A stretch of 64,000 nucleotides of DNA from Octopus vulgaris (taxonomy: Eukaryota), in assembly GCA_951406725.2 (NCBI GenBank), contig OX597814.1, forward strand, positions 38,750,001 through 38,814,000, given 5' to 3'. Below, one piece after another: positions 40,475 through 54,527 of this stretch; position 1 is the first letter of the stretch; every line of letters starts with the position of its first letter. The position numbers and the translations under genes were made by a program. The notes under the pieces are model-generated. The model did not search any database and was not told the DNA's origin. It saw nothing but the letters and a program-made list of their open reading frames with translations.

Positions 40475-40840
40475 CTTTTATTCTTTTACTTGTTTCAGTC
40501 ATTTAACTCCGCACCACGGGAGCACCGTTTTTAATCGAACAGGACTTATTCTTTCTAAGCCTTACTTATTCTATTGGTCACTTTCGCGGAACCGCTAAGT
40601 AAACACACCAGCATCGGTTGTCAAGCGATGGTGGGGGGACAAACAGACACAAACGATTACATAGACACACACACATATATTCATATATATATATTTGACG
40701 GGCTTCATTCAGTTTCCATCTACCAAATCTACACTAAGCTATAATAGAAGGCACTTGCCCAAGATGCCGCGCTGTAGGACTGAACCCGGAACCATGTGGT
40801 TGGTAAGCAAGCTACTTACCACACTGCCACTCCTGCGCCT
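40475..40840 (-). mobile_element. SINE family B, near full length
   Basis: CTTTTACTTGTTTCAGTC...GGACTGAACCCGGAACCATGTGGTTGGTAAGCAAGCTACTTACCACAC. Confidence 0.9.
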
Positions 40841-41139
40841 ATATATGTGCGTGTGTGTGTGCGTCTGTGTGTATGTGTGTGCGACTGTGTGTATGTGTGT
40901 GCGTCTGTGTTTATACCTATATGCATATAGAAATGAGACATGCATAAAACCTCTTGGCTTTAAGATTATCGTGAAAGGCCCAAACTTCACAATTATTTTA
41001 TAAAAGATGAATAGCCGCTGCAGTTAGTGTGTGAAATTCAGAGCGGAATATGTTGAATAAAATCATACTTAACTGATACTCATGTATTCTCATTTATCTA
41101 AATTCAGGATTTTTCGGCAGATCTTCATATATATAAATA

Positions 41140-41222
<83 letters not shown>

Positions 41223-42189
41223 GCAGAAAGACAGAGACAGAGGCAGTGTTACACATATGTATTCATTTTTTGTGGTCTATATCATAGTGGTCACACTGAA
41301 TTTCTCTTTCTCTCCTTCACTTGCTCTCTCTGTCGCACCTAGTTTCCCTGTCTTTCTATTTTAACTTCTCTCGCCTCCCAAATAATTAACCTATTTAAAT
41401 AAGTAAACCATGAGCGATGTAAGGGTAACTAGCTCTTTCTTTTTCGAAATTAACTTTGAAACTATTTTGGAAACTTTCCACTAGTTCCCACTAATAGATA
41501 CTACCTAACACAACCCAGCTTTGCAAATTAGAAGTCATTGTAGCAGTGTTCTCTTGCTGTATTTGTGTAAATGCATGGTGTTTTACATTTACACCTTAAT
41601 ACCTATACACATACGAGGCGCTCAAATGAGAGCACACAAATGCATTAAGCAAATATATGAATACTATATATAAAAGAAGATTCATTTTTCGTTGATTTAA
41701 CATAGAGTTGCTTTGTGGAAAGGTATATATGCTACGATCGACTATAAACGGGGTGACATAATTTCAATCAATGAACGAATATTACAATGCCATTTGAGAA
41801 ATAATATATTTTCAGAAGACGAACGAATACCTATTTCAACCTAACCATTATTTACGTTGTTGCATGTATAAAGAAAAAGAAATTGAAAATATTTAAATCA
41901 TATGCTTTTTGCCTAATTAGTACAAAACGAACTAAGAGAAAAGCTATTAGACACTGCATTACGTATGTACAATATAGGCACTGACAATTTTATAAAATAA
42001 TCAACGGTATAAAGAGAACGTAGATGAACAATGAGAGGCGAATGCGACTGAAAGGTTGGAGAAGATAATATCTAGTAATCAGCAATTCTCCAGAATTAAT
42101 ATGCCATTAAGTAAAATGGAATCTGTTTTACTTCTTTTCTGGAGACAAGAAGACAGCTGTTGGCGTGTGTATTGGTCTCAAGACGTCAA

Positions 42190-42400
42190 ATGTACAGCAA
42201 TTGCTCTACCTTGACTCCGCTTAGATATCATGCTTGGGTATGCAAAGAAATAGTGGAAGATATTAATAGTCTAGAACAATTTGAATAATTGAAATAAAAT
42301 TAATGCAGTGGCATGAATCTGGACAAGAAATGCATTGAAATATACGCAAAAAACATATGAATAGTATGTCTAATGTATCATGTCCGCATGTAATGTATTC
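42190..42400 (+). mobile_element. Possible Tc1/mariner transposase C-terminal remnant
   Basis: STLTPLRYHAW..KEIV weakly resembles SPDLxPLDYxxWGxxK. Confidence 0.3.
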
Positions 42401-43769
42401 ACACAGCCATGACAAGCGAAACCTTCTAGAAAATTATTTAAAAAGTTGTTACATTTTCAATCAATATATTCCCATATATTTTTTTTTATTATTCCTATCT
42501 AATAATAATTAAATATGAAATTGAATCGCATCATTGTGCAGTAAATTTTGATAAGCGTGTTGGCTACATTACAGGCAATTTATACACGGTGGGAGAAATT
42601 TTACTGTCTAGAACAGCCGCAAAACTCATCAATCCAAAAGGATGACGAAAATACTGCAGACTAAGCATGAATCCAATATGAAACATCGAATATTGCTGCA
42701 ACACCCTAAAAACAATGATAAACACTTGATCCTATATAAGGAGAAATCGATAATGTAAGTGTGCTGAAGTTAGAAATATAGGCGTGACTGTGAAATAAAA
42801 AAAAATGTAGGAGGAGCTGTTTCAAGTGGTAGTGGGTGTTGGAGAAAAACAAATACAAAAATGTATAACAATAAGAAAATTACACTGGTAGAGAAATTAT
42901 GAAGCCAAAATGCTATGATACGCCATAGATATGAGTATAATATATATTTATGACGCTTTGCTTAATTTCTTTTTCTTTATGTTTTGAGGAAGAGCAAGAA
43001 AAGTTTTATATTTGAGGAAATGATTTCATTGTGGAAACTGAATATAGAATTACCATAAATAAAATCCTAGTGTTCCTGTAAACAATATGCAGCAATGTGA
43101 GATAACAGATGGGAACAGTGGGATTGATAAAACTGACGTTGAATATAAAGATAGTTCAAATGAATTAGCAATAGATTCCAACATTTATCTCTCAATTTAG
43201 GAGTGTACGAAAGCGTGTAATCCATATTTATATGTCTGTCATTTATGTATATGTAACTCATCAAATGCCAACTCATCAAAATTGTATCTGTATGTATGCG
43301 TATGTGTGTGTGTAAGTATATATATGTGTGTGTGTGAATATACTTGTACACACACACACCCAGTCACATATATCAATGCGCGTATCTGTTTTCTGTTCCG
43401 CAAAGCAGTAGATGGTAAAAATACTGCATCACCATTCGCAATACATATATACTTTTCTTGTTTTCCTATACCAGCAATACTTACGAGAATGGTTCAAGAT
43501 CAGCTACGTGGTGAAGAAACAGATTTTGGAAATGTATTGTTCAGGGCACACAAATCGAAATAAATTTAGAAGTCATGTTCTACAAAGGTGCAGGTCTATC
43601 ACAATGCTGTGGTTAATTTAATACGCGCCTGCAACTAATTCGTGGAGGTTTCATCAGCCTTCACGCGTCCATATGCATTCCATTACAGTAATTCCATTAC
43701 GAACAGTTAATTTATGAATTACCGGAGAATAATTTTGTCTCGTATAGTTTATGCAAACATCTTGCCACA

Positions 43770-43968
43770 ACTAACTTCACCTGTGCTAGTGCCATGTTAA
43801 AACGACCGAGTCTCCTCTGCAGAGAAGTTGGTGTTAGGAAGGGCGTTCAGCCGTAAGAAACCGTGCCAAATCAGACACAGTAGCTTGGGGCAGATTTCTA
43901 CCTGGCCGGCTTCTGCCGACCGTCCTACCTATGCAAGCATGAAAGACGGACGTTTAACAATGACGATG
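43770..43968 (+). mobile_element. Retroposon 3' tail (RTE-associated SINE-like)
   Basis: GTTAGGAAGGGCGTTCAGCCGTAAGAAAC...GGACGTTTAACAATGACGATG terminus. Confidence 0.55.
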
Positions 43969-44019
43969 GTGTATGTATGTATGAATGTATGTATCTATAT
44001 ACGAATGTATGTATGCTGG

Positions 44020-44510
44020 TCATTATTCAGTTTATTTAAAGATTTCTTACCAATAGAGAAAGAATTGGTTTGTAACCTAGAGCCAAGGCCCATTCATTGG
44101 AATTTCAAAATCAATGACAGGGCATTTTTGTATGTATGTATGTATGTATGTATGTATGTGCAGTTTTGTATGTTCTATGTTTGTATTATCATGCATATAG
44201 TTGCATATATATTTAAATGATAAACTTCTGGTAAGTTTTGCATATTTTTACAGTTCCAGTGATGGATTGGATGTGTTGTTTTCGAATTAGCTATCTCCTT
44301 TCTGGTTTTGAAAAGCCTAATTTCTGACGATTGGTATCTAGGCAGTGTGTTACATAACCCAGGGTCCCAGTATTTACAGATGTAAATCTGAACTTGAAAT
44401 CCGCATAGAGTAACTGAAGATTAATCAATAGCTCAGCATTAGTGTTCTCTTTTTCCCTAATCTCCAACTTTAAGTTATCAACCATGCACAGTTTCTAGCC
44501 GCGTAGAACG
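44020..44510 (-). mobile_element. RLE-type LINE 3' fragment, same family as 22720-23643
   Basis: KENTNAELLINLQLLYADFKFRFTSVNTGTLGYVTHCL...SITGTVKICK aligns with 23420-23640. Confidence 0.75.
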
Positions 44511-44644
44511 ATGACTCTTCAATTTCTCGTTGAATAAACCTTACATAAGAATATGTTGATAATGATGAAATGCATGTGGTGTACATTCTCTCACTCGCTT
44601 CATCTAATCGATGTCGCGTAAGCAGGTGCAAAGTGTTCCACATG

Positions 44645-44790
44645 TCAGATGTCACAGTGAACGCAGAGCAGTATGAGATGAAATATTTTGGTCAAGAACA
44701 CACCACACCATCCGGTCCAGAATTTGAAGCTACGATCTCCTGATCGTGAAACCAGTACTCTAATCACTGGGTCACATATCCCGCTCCATA
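44645..44790 (-). mobile_element. tRNA-headed SINE fragment
   Basis: Minus strand reads GACCCAGTGATTAGAGT...CTTCAAATTCTGGACCGG...TTCTTGACCAA. Confidence 0.55.
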
Positions 44791-44794
44791 TGAG

Positions 44795-45640
44795 GAAAGA
44801 AAAATCCGAATGACCCGACATTGTTGTTTTTGTATCGTCTGTCTGGGTGTTTTGTTGTTCTTTTTTTATATCACCTAACTGTCTGGATGTTTTGCGTCCT
44901 TGTCCCATTTTTGTATTCTTTATCTATAAAATTATAGCGGCGTGCGTACATTTTGGTCTCTTATATATAAGTATATATGTATCTAAATTTTGTACAACTC
45001 TATTATTCTTTCTATTCTTTCATTCTTTCTATCAGCTCTTTCATACTTACTTCGTTCTTTCGTTCCCACTATCTCAAATTTCTTGGCCTTCTCTTCATGC
45101 TCACTTTCCCACCTGTTTCACTTTACTGTGTCCCTTTCATTTTTTTCTCGCCCCTCCTTAATTCTTGTGTCACTTTTTCTCTACCTATCTCTCTTCCATC
45201 GCCACATGACCGGTGTTCATTCAAACTTGTCCTTTCTTTCTTGGTTCGACTAACATTCATGTAACATCTGTATTTCGCCTTGTGCCTATCTAATCCTATG
45301 TATCTGCCTTAAAGCTATACTTCAGCACACGCCAGCTTAATTTAATTTGTCCTTAGTCGAAAGATACCTGTTGCTATGTCCTACCATTTGCATTTGTATT
45401 TGTGCAACATTTCTCCGTTTCTTTTCGTATACAATCGCAGCTTTCTTTCGAGGGATCTAATGCTCTTAGCTTAGTTTTTCCTTGGGGCTGGCCAGATTGG
45501 AGCAATCTCGAGTATTACCAGCCGAAATTGCAAAGATAATCAGGAACTCGACTGAGGAAAGAAAACTCAGAATGACCCGTCCTTGTTTTGTTTGTATCGT
45601 CTCTCTGGATGTTTTGCGTTCTTGTTCCATCTTTGCATAT
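44795..45640 (+). mobile_element. Element with terminal direct repeats (Penelope pseudo-LTR-like)
   Basis: GAAAGAAAA..GAATGACCCG...TGTATCGTCT..CTGG.TGTTTTG occurs at about 44795-44910 and again at 45557-45635. Confidence 0.5.
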
Positions 45641-45662
45641 ATGTATATATATATATATACAC

Positions 45663-45695
<33 letters not shown>

Positions 45696-46329
45696 ACATG
45701 CTTTGGACAAATATCACACAGCGCATTGCTACATGTTATATTCACACTCCTGCATAAACTTATGGGACGGTTATACATGTGCAAATCCTTATTATCCTAT
45801 TTTCTTAAGATTATCATTTTACTTCTCTTTTTCGTCATCGTCTTCTTCCACCTTCTTCCTCATCTTCTTCTACTTCTTCCTTTTCTTCCTCTTCTTCGTT
45901 TTCTTCTTCTTTTTCTTGCTGTTGTTGTTGTTCTTCTTCTTCTTTTTCTTCGCCATTCAGGATCACTATCCTTGTCTATTATTGCTGTCTGCTGTATTAT
46001 TTTCTACTTTCTTCTCCGTTTAATGGGAAAGTCGCACGAATTCTTACATTTTTCCGACTCCAGCACTCTTTCGACCAGATGTTCAAAACATGTGTCTCTA
46101 ACTTAAAATACCCATTTCTGGCACAGTTGTCAGTGTAAAACATGTACAACTTGGTCATGCCTCCATTTCTTATATTCCTCCTGTGCCTACTTGGGATATT
46201 TTGCAATAATGCGTGCTACAGTCATGTTTCAAAATCCGAAGGCTCTACATTTTTCTTACACATCCTCCCAATATATTATCCTTTATCGTCATCATCATCA
46301 TCATCATCACTATTATTATTATTATTATT

Positions 46330-46886
46330 GAGTGAGAGAGCAGTGCATGCCATCAAAGTGACACTGGGGTAAAATATACGAAGCCCAATATACCCATCAT
46401 GACTACCCGTCTGATAAAGGTACACCAGGCACATGCATCACAACCATATGTGCGCGACATGGTGATCTCATATCAAGATAAACAGCACATGACCTTGCAG
46501 GTGGGGCCCAGTTAGAATTTTCTTCAGGTTGAGTTGCCCATCCCGCTCAAAAGGTCCCTGAATAAGGGTTGTTTAAGGATGTTGAAAGAACCACCCATGT
46601 TTCCAGAGGTGAATTATTCAAACCCCAAAGAATCCCTCTCAACACATGGCTATGATGCTCCCCCACTACTTCTGCTCGTGATCAGAGATGCACATATCGT
46701 CAGCCACTAAGGGACATGCTCAACTGGTTAAGGTCAAACAACTGACAAGCAAATCTGTGGTATTGAGCAGAATATTTGCTGTAGCCCATCTTTTATACCA
46801 AGACAAAACAATGTACATGATAACACTTCCAATCCGTTAAGATCAGAAGCAATGAGAGCCACTGCCTGGTACTGCATCAGGGCATT
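46330..46886 (-). mobile_element. ~557-bp non-coding retroposon flanked by (TAA)n, copy 1
   Basis: Bounded by (ATT)n on both sides; near-identical partial copy at 46900 and a diverged copy at about 50081. Confidence 0.8.
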
Positions 46887-46899
46887 TATTATTATTATT

Positions 46900-47226
46900 G
46901 AGTGAGAGAGCAGTTCATGCCATCAAAGTGACACTGGGGTAAAATATACGAAGCCCAATATACCCATCATGACTACCCGTCTGATAAAGGTACACCAGGC
47001 ACATGCATCACAACCATATATGCGCGACATGGTGATCTCATATCAAGATAAACAGCACATGACCTTGCAGGTGGGGCCCAGTTTGAATTTTCTTCAGGTT
47101 GAGTAGCCCATCCCGCTCAAACGGTCCCCGAATAAGGGTTGTTTAAGGATGTTGAAAGAACCACCCATGTTTCCAGAGGTGAACTATTCAAACCCCAAAG
47201 CTTCCCTCTCAACACATGGCTATGAT
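46900..47226 (-). mobile_element. Same retroposon, 5'-truncated copy 2
   Basis: Near-identical to 46330-46656 at an offset of 570 bp. Confidence 0.85.
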
Positions 47227-47388
47227 GGCATCCCTCTCAACACATGGCTATGATGGTATCCCTCTCAACACATGGCTATGATGGCATCCCTCTCAACACA
47301 TGGCTATGATGGCATCCCTCTCAACACATGGCTATGATGGCATCCCTCTCAACACATGGCTATGATGGCATCCCTCTCAACACATGGC

Positions 47389-47389
<1 letters not shown>
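47203..47389. repeat. 28-bp minisatellite, 6 full units plus 1 partial
   Basis: TCCCTCTCAACACATGGCTATGATGGCA arranged head to tail with no spacers. Confidence 0.95.
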
Positions 47390-47993
<604 letters not shown>

Positions 47994-47999
47994 GATATA

Positions 48000-49460
48000 G
48001 ACTCAACAGATTCTACTGATGGGAAAGAAAAAATCGTAACATAGGGCTACGATAAGTTGCCTTAGATGCCAAGAACCCACCTAAGTTTCTTAGCTGTTCC
48101 TAATAACACTGTTCTCTGCAGCTGTACGGAACATTTTTTAATACCTATTTCCTCTATCCAGCTGTTCAAATATTTAGGGATAGTTCCCAATTCACCTATA
48201 ACTACTGGGATACAATTTACCCGCACTTTCCATAGCCTATGTAATTCACTGGCTAGGTCCTGGTACATTGCAGTTTTACCATACTTCTCATAGCAATTTT
48301 TTTCATCATTTGGCGTTTTATTCTTTTTATTTGCTACTATATGAGTTATTCTCCCATCTATTACTCTGTCAGTCTGAATGTTAAAGTCACCACAACATAT
48401 TGTAATTCCTACTTTCTAGTCCTTTACTAGGTTTATGTTCATACCATTTATCCGTATGCTCAAATCCTAGCTTTCTACAAACCTCCAAGTGGATTGTTCT
48501 CCCAAAGTTGATATGAATATTCTTGTATATTTTTGTGTGCCAGGATGCTACATTCACAGAGCATATAAGTAACGCTTTTCTCTTTTTATTTGCATAATCT
48601 ACACTGGGAATCTACTTGGTTTTTGTCTATCTTGGCTTTTATCTAATTAGTCCTTAACGTTTGATCTTGTGTGCTACTACCAAACATTCTGTCTCCGTCT
48701 TCAGGTTTCCGTTCGGTAGACTCACCCATGTCTCACTACTACTATTTTCGGAAACCATTTTTAGGAATCTACCATTCAACGTCTCCTGCCAGTGAAAAAC
48801 TTTCTGTCATTTTTCTTTTCAAGTTCGTTTAATGTTTTGGTTCCTTATATCTTGCTGTGACTCTATCAGCTTTTAATAAACTTTCTTCACACTTACCTAG
48901 ATAGGAGTCTATATTTACTCCATCTAACTCCAAACGGTCTTCCACTGGTATTAACCCTCTTCTATCATCCTTTCTGTATAGGTATAGTCTTGCTATTCCT
49001 GGCCTTGGGTGGATTTCTCCATTCATATTGAATTCCTTCCGAATTGTTCTGTCTAGTTTTGTTAATTCAGTTTTTGTTCAATCTACATAATCTGCTGAAT
49101 GTTACTGTCCAAGTATTTACAGCCGTCACTAGATTCGGACAATTTAGCTTTGACTTCAATAGCCCCCTCACCCCTTTGATGTACTCCTCAAATTTCGTTT
49201 CCATTTCTGTAGTTTGTACTCTGTCAGATTCTAATATTCATAGATACTTATAACTCTCTTCTCCTTTCAATGATTTTTAATGTCTGGATATCTGTTAATT
49301 TGATGCTTCCGCTGTTGACTAATTACCCCCGCCTCATAACTAATATTGCACATTTATCTATGCCAAATTCTATGCCTATATAGTTGCGGAAGAGTTTTAA
49401 AGTCTGTATTAAGGAATCTATCTCTTTTTCATTCTTACTAATATGCTTCAGATCATCCAT
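48000..49460 (-). mobile_element. Decayed RLE-type LINE (RT C-terminus to endonuclease)
   Basis: Motifs include MDDLK, IGIEFGIDKCAI, HPRPGIARLYL.RK..RRGL and YQDLASELHRLWKVRVNCIPVVIGELG...VLLGTAKKLRWVLGI*. Confidence 0.88.
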
Positions 49461-49554
49461 TTTGTTTATATTTTTCCCGTGTCAATTTGGAGTATTTATC
49501 ACGTGTACCATTGTCTTGTTATACAATTTTTGGATACATTCTCTCTATATATAA

Positions 49555-49940
49555 GCGTAGTAGTGGCTGTGTGGTAAACAGCATGCTTACCAACCATATG
49601 ATTCCGGGTTCAGTCCCACTGCATGGCTTCTACTATAGCCTCGGGCCGAGCAAAGCCTTGTGAGTGGATTTGGTAGACGGAAACTGAAAGAAGCCCGTCA
49701 TATATATGTATATATATATGTATGTTTATATGTTTGTGTGTCTGTCCCCCCCCCGCTAACATCTCTTGACAACCAATGCTGGTGTGTTTACGTCCCCGTT
49801 ACATAGATGTTCGGCAAAAGAACCGATAGAATAAGTACTAGGTTTACAAAATATAAGTCCTTTGGTCGATTTGCCCGACTACAGGCGGTGCTCCAGCATG
49901 GTCACAGTCAAATGAGTGAAATAAGTAAAAGAATAAAAGA
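49555..49940 (+). mobile_element. SINE family B, near full length
   Basis: GTGGCTGTGTGGTAAACAGCATGCTTACCAACC...CCGGGTTCAGTCCC...GAAATAAGTAAAAGAATAAAAGA. Confidence 0.9.
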
Positions 49941-50080
49941 GTATACATATTTTCTCCAGTTGTTTCCTTTTATTGATTTGTATTTGGCTGCTACAATTAG
50001 CCTCTTTGTATCGTTATTAATTGACACTTTTTAACCAAGCCAAGGATTTCGTTCTACGTACCCATTCTATTATTACTATT

Positions 50081-50597
50081 GTAGATCGAGAAGGCACTGC
50101 ATGTCAGCACTGAGGTGAAATATACGAAGCCAATTATACTCATCATGACTACTTTCTGATAAGGGTACACCAAGCACATGAATATGGATAAACATGGTGA
50201 TTTCATACCGAGATAAACAGTGCATGACATTGCACGTTTGTCCCAGTTAGAATTTATTTCAGATCTAATAGCCCATCCCGCTCAAAATGTCCATGAATAA
50301 TGTTTGTTTAAGAATCATGAACGTAACGCTTATGCTTCGAGATGTGAATTATTCAAACCGAAAAGAAATCCTATCAACACATTGCTAGGATGCTCATCTA
50401 CTACTTCTGTTCGTGATCAGAGATTTAAATATCGTAAGCAACAACAAATATGCTCAACTCGCTAAGGTTAAACAGCTAGCAAATCTGTGGTGTCCGGCAG
50501 AATATTTATTCAAGCCCATCATTTATACCAAAAGAAAACTTGTTTATGATAACATTTCCAATCATTTCAGATCAGATCATGGGTGTCAGTACTATAC
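50081..50597 (-). mobile_element. Diverged copy 3 of the 46330-46886 retroposon
   Basis: Collinear blocks AAATATACGAAGCC, GCCCATCCCGCTCAAAA, GCAAATCTGTGGT and TTTATACCAA. Confidence 0.8.
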
Positions 50598-50599
50598 AT

Positions 50600-50803
50600 A
50601 GATACATACATACATACATACATATACACACATATATATACGTACATATATTAAATATATATATATATATATATATAATATATATATATATACATATATG
50701 AAATAATATTATATATAAATATATATAAAATAATAATATATATATATATATGTGCATACATATATAAAATATTATATATATGTATATATATATAAATATA
50801 AAA

Positions 50804-50854
<51 letters not shown>

Positions 50855-50980
50855 AGGTTATATATATATATGTGCATACATATATAAAATATTATATATA
50901 TGTATACATATATAATAATATATTTTTTATATATATATATATATATATAAAGTATATATATATATATATATACGATATAT
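50600..50980. repeat. AT-rich microsatellite/minisatellite
   Basis: (TA)n with a repeated TGTGCATACATATATAAAATATTATA block. Confidence 0.9.
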
Positions 50981-51530
50981 ATTAAAATTATAGTAAAAGT
51001 GTTGAATTATTACAACACCTGTCTGCTAGAAATAGTCCCCAAAAGATCTATGAACAACTTAAATTATTACTCCACTACACCAGATTGTAAGCGAGGAAAA
51101 TAAACAGCGGAGATTTATAAAATAATTTGGATATAATCCCAAATCTGTAGTTTTCAAAGTATGTGTTATTGAAAATTCTTTCCGATCTTCATTTATTTAC
51201 ATTCATACCGAATGTAAATAAATGAAATATACATTATACATACCGCCATAAGAGCAAATAATATGAATGCATTTTCCACGTATTACGAATTAAAACCCAA
51301 GCGCCTATTTCAACCATGTGCTTATTTACTCCGAATAGTTCTGCAGTAACTATGTTATAGGTGTAAATTAATATATATTCTCATACATACATAGGATAAA
51401 ATCATTATTTAATGATGTATCAGTGGCCAGCATACTAAAGATACCATAATGGTTAATCTATATTAAAATTATAATAAGGGTGTTGAATGATTGCAACATC
51501 AGTCTGCTAGAAATAGACCGAAAATGTCTA

Positions 51531-51593
<63 letters not shown>

Positions 51594-52189
51594 CACACAG
51601 CAGTATAACCTATTAACAGATATATCTTTTCCAATTAGCGCAGCGTTTGTCATTCTTTATGCGTTTTCTATCACTTAGAAGTAATTTCTATTAAGGAACA
51701 TTATGTGTATAGATTTAATGTTGCGAGTTAACATAAATACTAAAGCATAATGTTTTTATGTTTATTTTGTATTTAATAACAGGTATTTTTTTGTATCATT
51801 GCTGTCCCGTCGGTGGAAAGGATAAATTAAATAGTTTGTTATGAACTGTTATCCACAATTATTTATGAATATTATCTCACTTCCAGTTTGCTTGTAAATC
51901 GCTCCGGGTTTTGTTCAATACGTACCATAATTTTTTTTCTGTAATTCTCTCGGCGACCAAGGATTTCAATAATATATTTATAGAACTTAAAATGGTATTT
52001 GACTTCGAAGTGTGGAAAGGTTATGTAGAAAGTTCTAGTTAAAATTGATATATCTAAGAAAATACTTAATATTATTTCATCTCCTTTCACAAAGTGATCA
52101 AACATTTTTTAGTTCCGCATCTCCTGTTTTGCTAGTTTGAAAAATCCTTTTAAAATATTTCTGTGGATGTTGGTATCTAATGTAGATAA

Positions 52190-52610
52190 AGCTGTGGTCC
52201 TTGAAGAGACATTGAAGACGAAAAGGAAAACTAGGCTTAACTTAGAGGAGAAAATGTTTTTTTAGTGAAGCCTCTTAAACTTTCTGTCTGATGATCAACG
52301 TGAAAAGATTTTATGTATTTACCATCTAAGACAAGAGAGTCCATCAGCCATCATCCCTCAGATTAATCTATTTATCTTGGCTCCAGAGTAACTAAAGATG
52401 GCCAAGGAAATATAATCTAAAATAGTCAAAGCTAGCTCAGTATTCGGTCAACTCAGTTGTGAAATCTGTGGCTCTCATGATTTATTTCATTTATGAAGGC
52501 AAAGATTACAATTTGTAAGCCAGTTGTTCTTTCAGCTGTTTTACATTGTGGTGAGACGTACACATTCTATTGTCAGCAAATAAAATACCACGAATTCTTT
52601 CATGTATAAT
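52190..52610 (+). mobile_element. RTE-clade LINE remnant
   Basis: KIVKASSVFGQL...VVLSAVLHCGETYTFYCQQIKYHEFFH resembles the RTE motif KASxAFGxL...VLSTLLYGCETWT. Confidence 0.65.
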
Positions 52611-53641
52611 GTCACAAAGGACACAGATAGATACACACACACACACTATTACATATGCACAAACATACACCCCCACACACAAACGAAAACATCACAAAAA
52701 CACGCACACCTCTGCACACCCACACAAATAACACATACACAAACATACACACACAAACATGCACACAAACATACAAAAGAAAACAGCTTCACAAATCACA
52801 CATACACCTCTGAATACACATAAACACAGGCACACAAAAGAAAGCATTGCAAAAAACACGCATACAGGTCTGCATACACACATACAAAAACACATACACA
52901 CACCTCTGTAGACGCACACACAGGTACACATGCACAAACACACACATACAAACACACACAGGTACACTCACACAAACTTATAAACAAAAGAATACATCGC
53001 AAACACTCACATACACACAGCTGGAGACATCCAAAAGAAATCATTACGCTCATATACATACACGTAGGTGGAGACACTCAAAAGAAAACACCAAACAGTC
53101 GCCAAAAAGAAGGAAAATCCTAATTCTATCTTTAGCAAGACATTCATCACAACATACACACCTCTCAACACACGTCTGGTTACATTGCAAACATATTAAA
53201 AGGACACTCAAACCAATACTCACATATACACACAAGCATTCACAAACAGGTGGAAATGAAACCCATTCATAAAAAATGCTTGGCAGAAATCCACGGAGTT
53301 GTTTTTAGACAATGGACAACTACACCCCTTCTTTTTTTCCAGCACCTTGAATTCTATACCAGACTATATTTAAAGAAGACTACAACGAAAAACTTGAGAC
53401 GTGGCTTTGACCACCAAACATAACATAAAATTATTTACCTCCTATTTTTTATATATTTTTCAAATATTTGATAACATTAGATTCATCATTGAAACCGGTA
53501 ATATTCTATATTTATATAATTTTAAAAAACATTTTATTAAATTCCTTCTAAAGTGAAACGTCTTAGATTTACTACTGTGCTATTTCCACCTCTATCTTTC
53601 ATATATAAAAAATTTGACTTGTATAGATCTTCATTCTTCTC

Positions 53642-53705
<64 letters not shown>

Positions 53706-53720
53706 CCACACATATATGTA

Positions 53721-54164
53721 CGTGGTCTGTTCAGTAAGTATTCATAATTCTGTCATAAAAACGAAGCTGAAGTACGCGGAATGAAACAGATTGGCACAGA
53801 TTGATCTTACAGGCTTTCAGATGTTTGTCAATATCGACAGTGTCCCGGCAATCTCAGAAACTTCTGAAGAACGCGTACATGTGTGCCGCTCAATAAACCC
53901 TTTCTATAAATTTTCTGAAACTGTGCACAAACCTCTGTGCAAGCATCGCCATGGAAACTTACACTGTCATGGTCAATGCGACGATCACACGCTACACACC
54001 TTCATTTCAATCAGTGCCTTAAACAGCGAAAGTGAGCTAGAACGATGAAACTAAGGTCGCTTGCAGAGTACAGTTCAAAGTCAATCTGTATTAAGCAGCT
54101 TCACTCTGGGCTCTACAGCTTCGTTGCTATACCAACAGTCCGTATAGTTATTGATCAGACCTCG
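53721..54164. mobile_element. Mariner-type MITE with TIRs and TA target sites
   Basis: Left end TA|CGTGGTCTGTTCAGTAAGTAT; reverse complement of the right end TA|CGAGGTCTGATCAATAACTAT. Confidence 0.75.
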
Positions 54165-54169
54165 TACAT

Positions 54170-54226
54170 ATGCGTATAAATATATATACACATATACATA
54201 TATATGTGTGTCTATACACATAAAAA

Positions 54227-54267
<41 letters not shown>

Positions 54268-54296
54268 ATATATATATTCATATAATATATATATAT

Positions 54297-54387
<91 letters not shown>

Positions 54388-54398
54388 GGATATATATA

Positions 54399-54475
<77 letters not shown>

Positions 54476-54496
54476 GTATATATATATATATTCATA

Positions 54497-54527
<31 letters not shown>
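54170..54527. repeat. (TA)n array with ~30-bp higher-order periodicity
   Basis: GG/GA interruptions at 54297, 54328, 54358 and 54388. Confidence 0.92.

Noticed and set aside
43476-43588. Plus-strand exon candidate after a pyrimidine-rich acceptor
   Set aside because: The donor (GTGCAG) is weak and the peptide is unrecognisable.
45588-46106. 172-aa hydrophobic ORF, the longest in the window
   Set aside because: It is built from a repeat end plus TA and CTT low-complexity tracts, with no domain signature.
47203-47389. CRISPR-like array of 28-bp repeats
   Set aside because: Units are contiguous with no unique spacers, no cas genes are present, and the context is eukaryotic.
51210-51226. Resemblance to miR-1 (GAATGTAAA)
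   Set aside because: It lacks the UGGAAUG 5' seed and the 3' half, and the hairpin is too short for a pre-miRNA.
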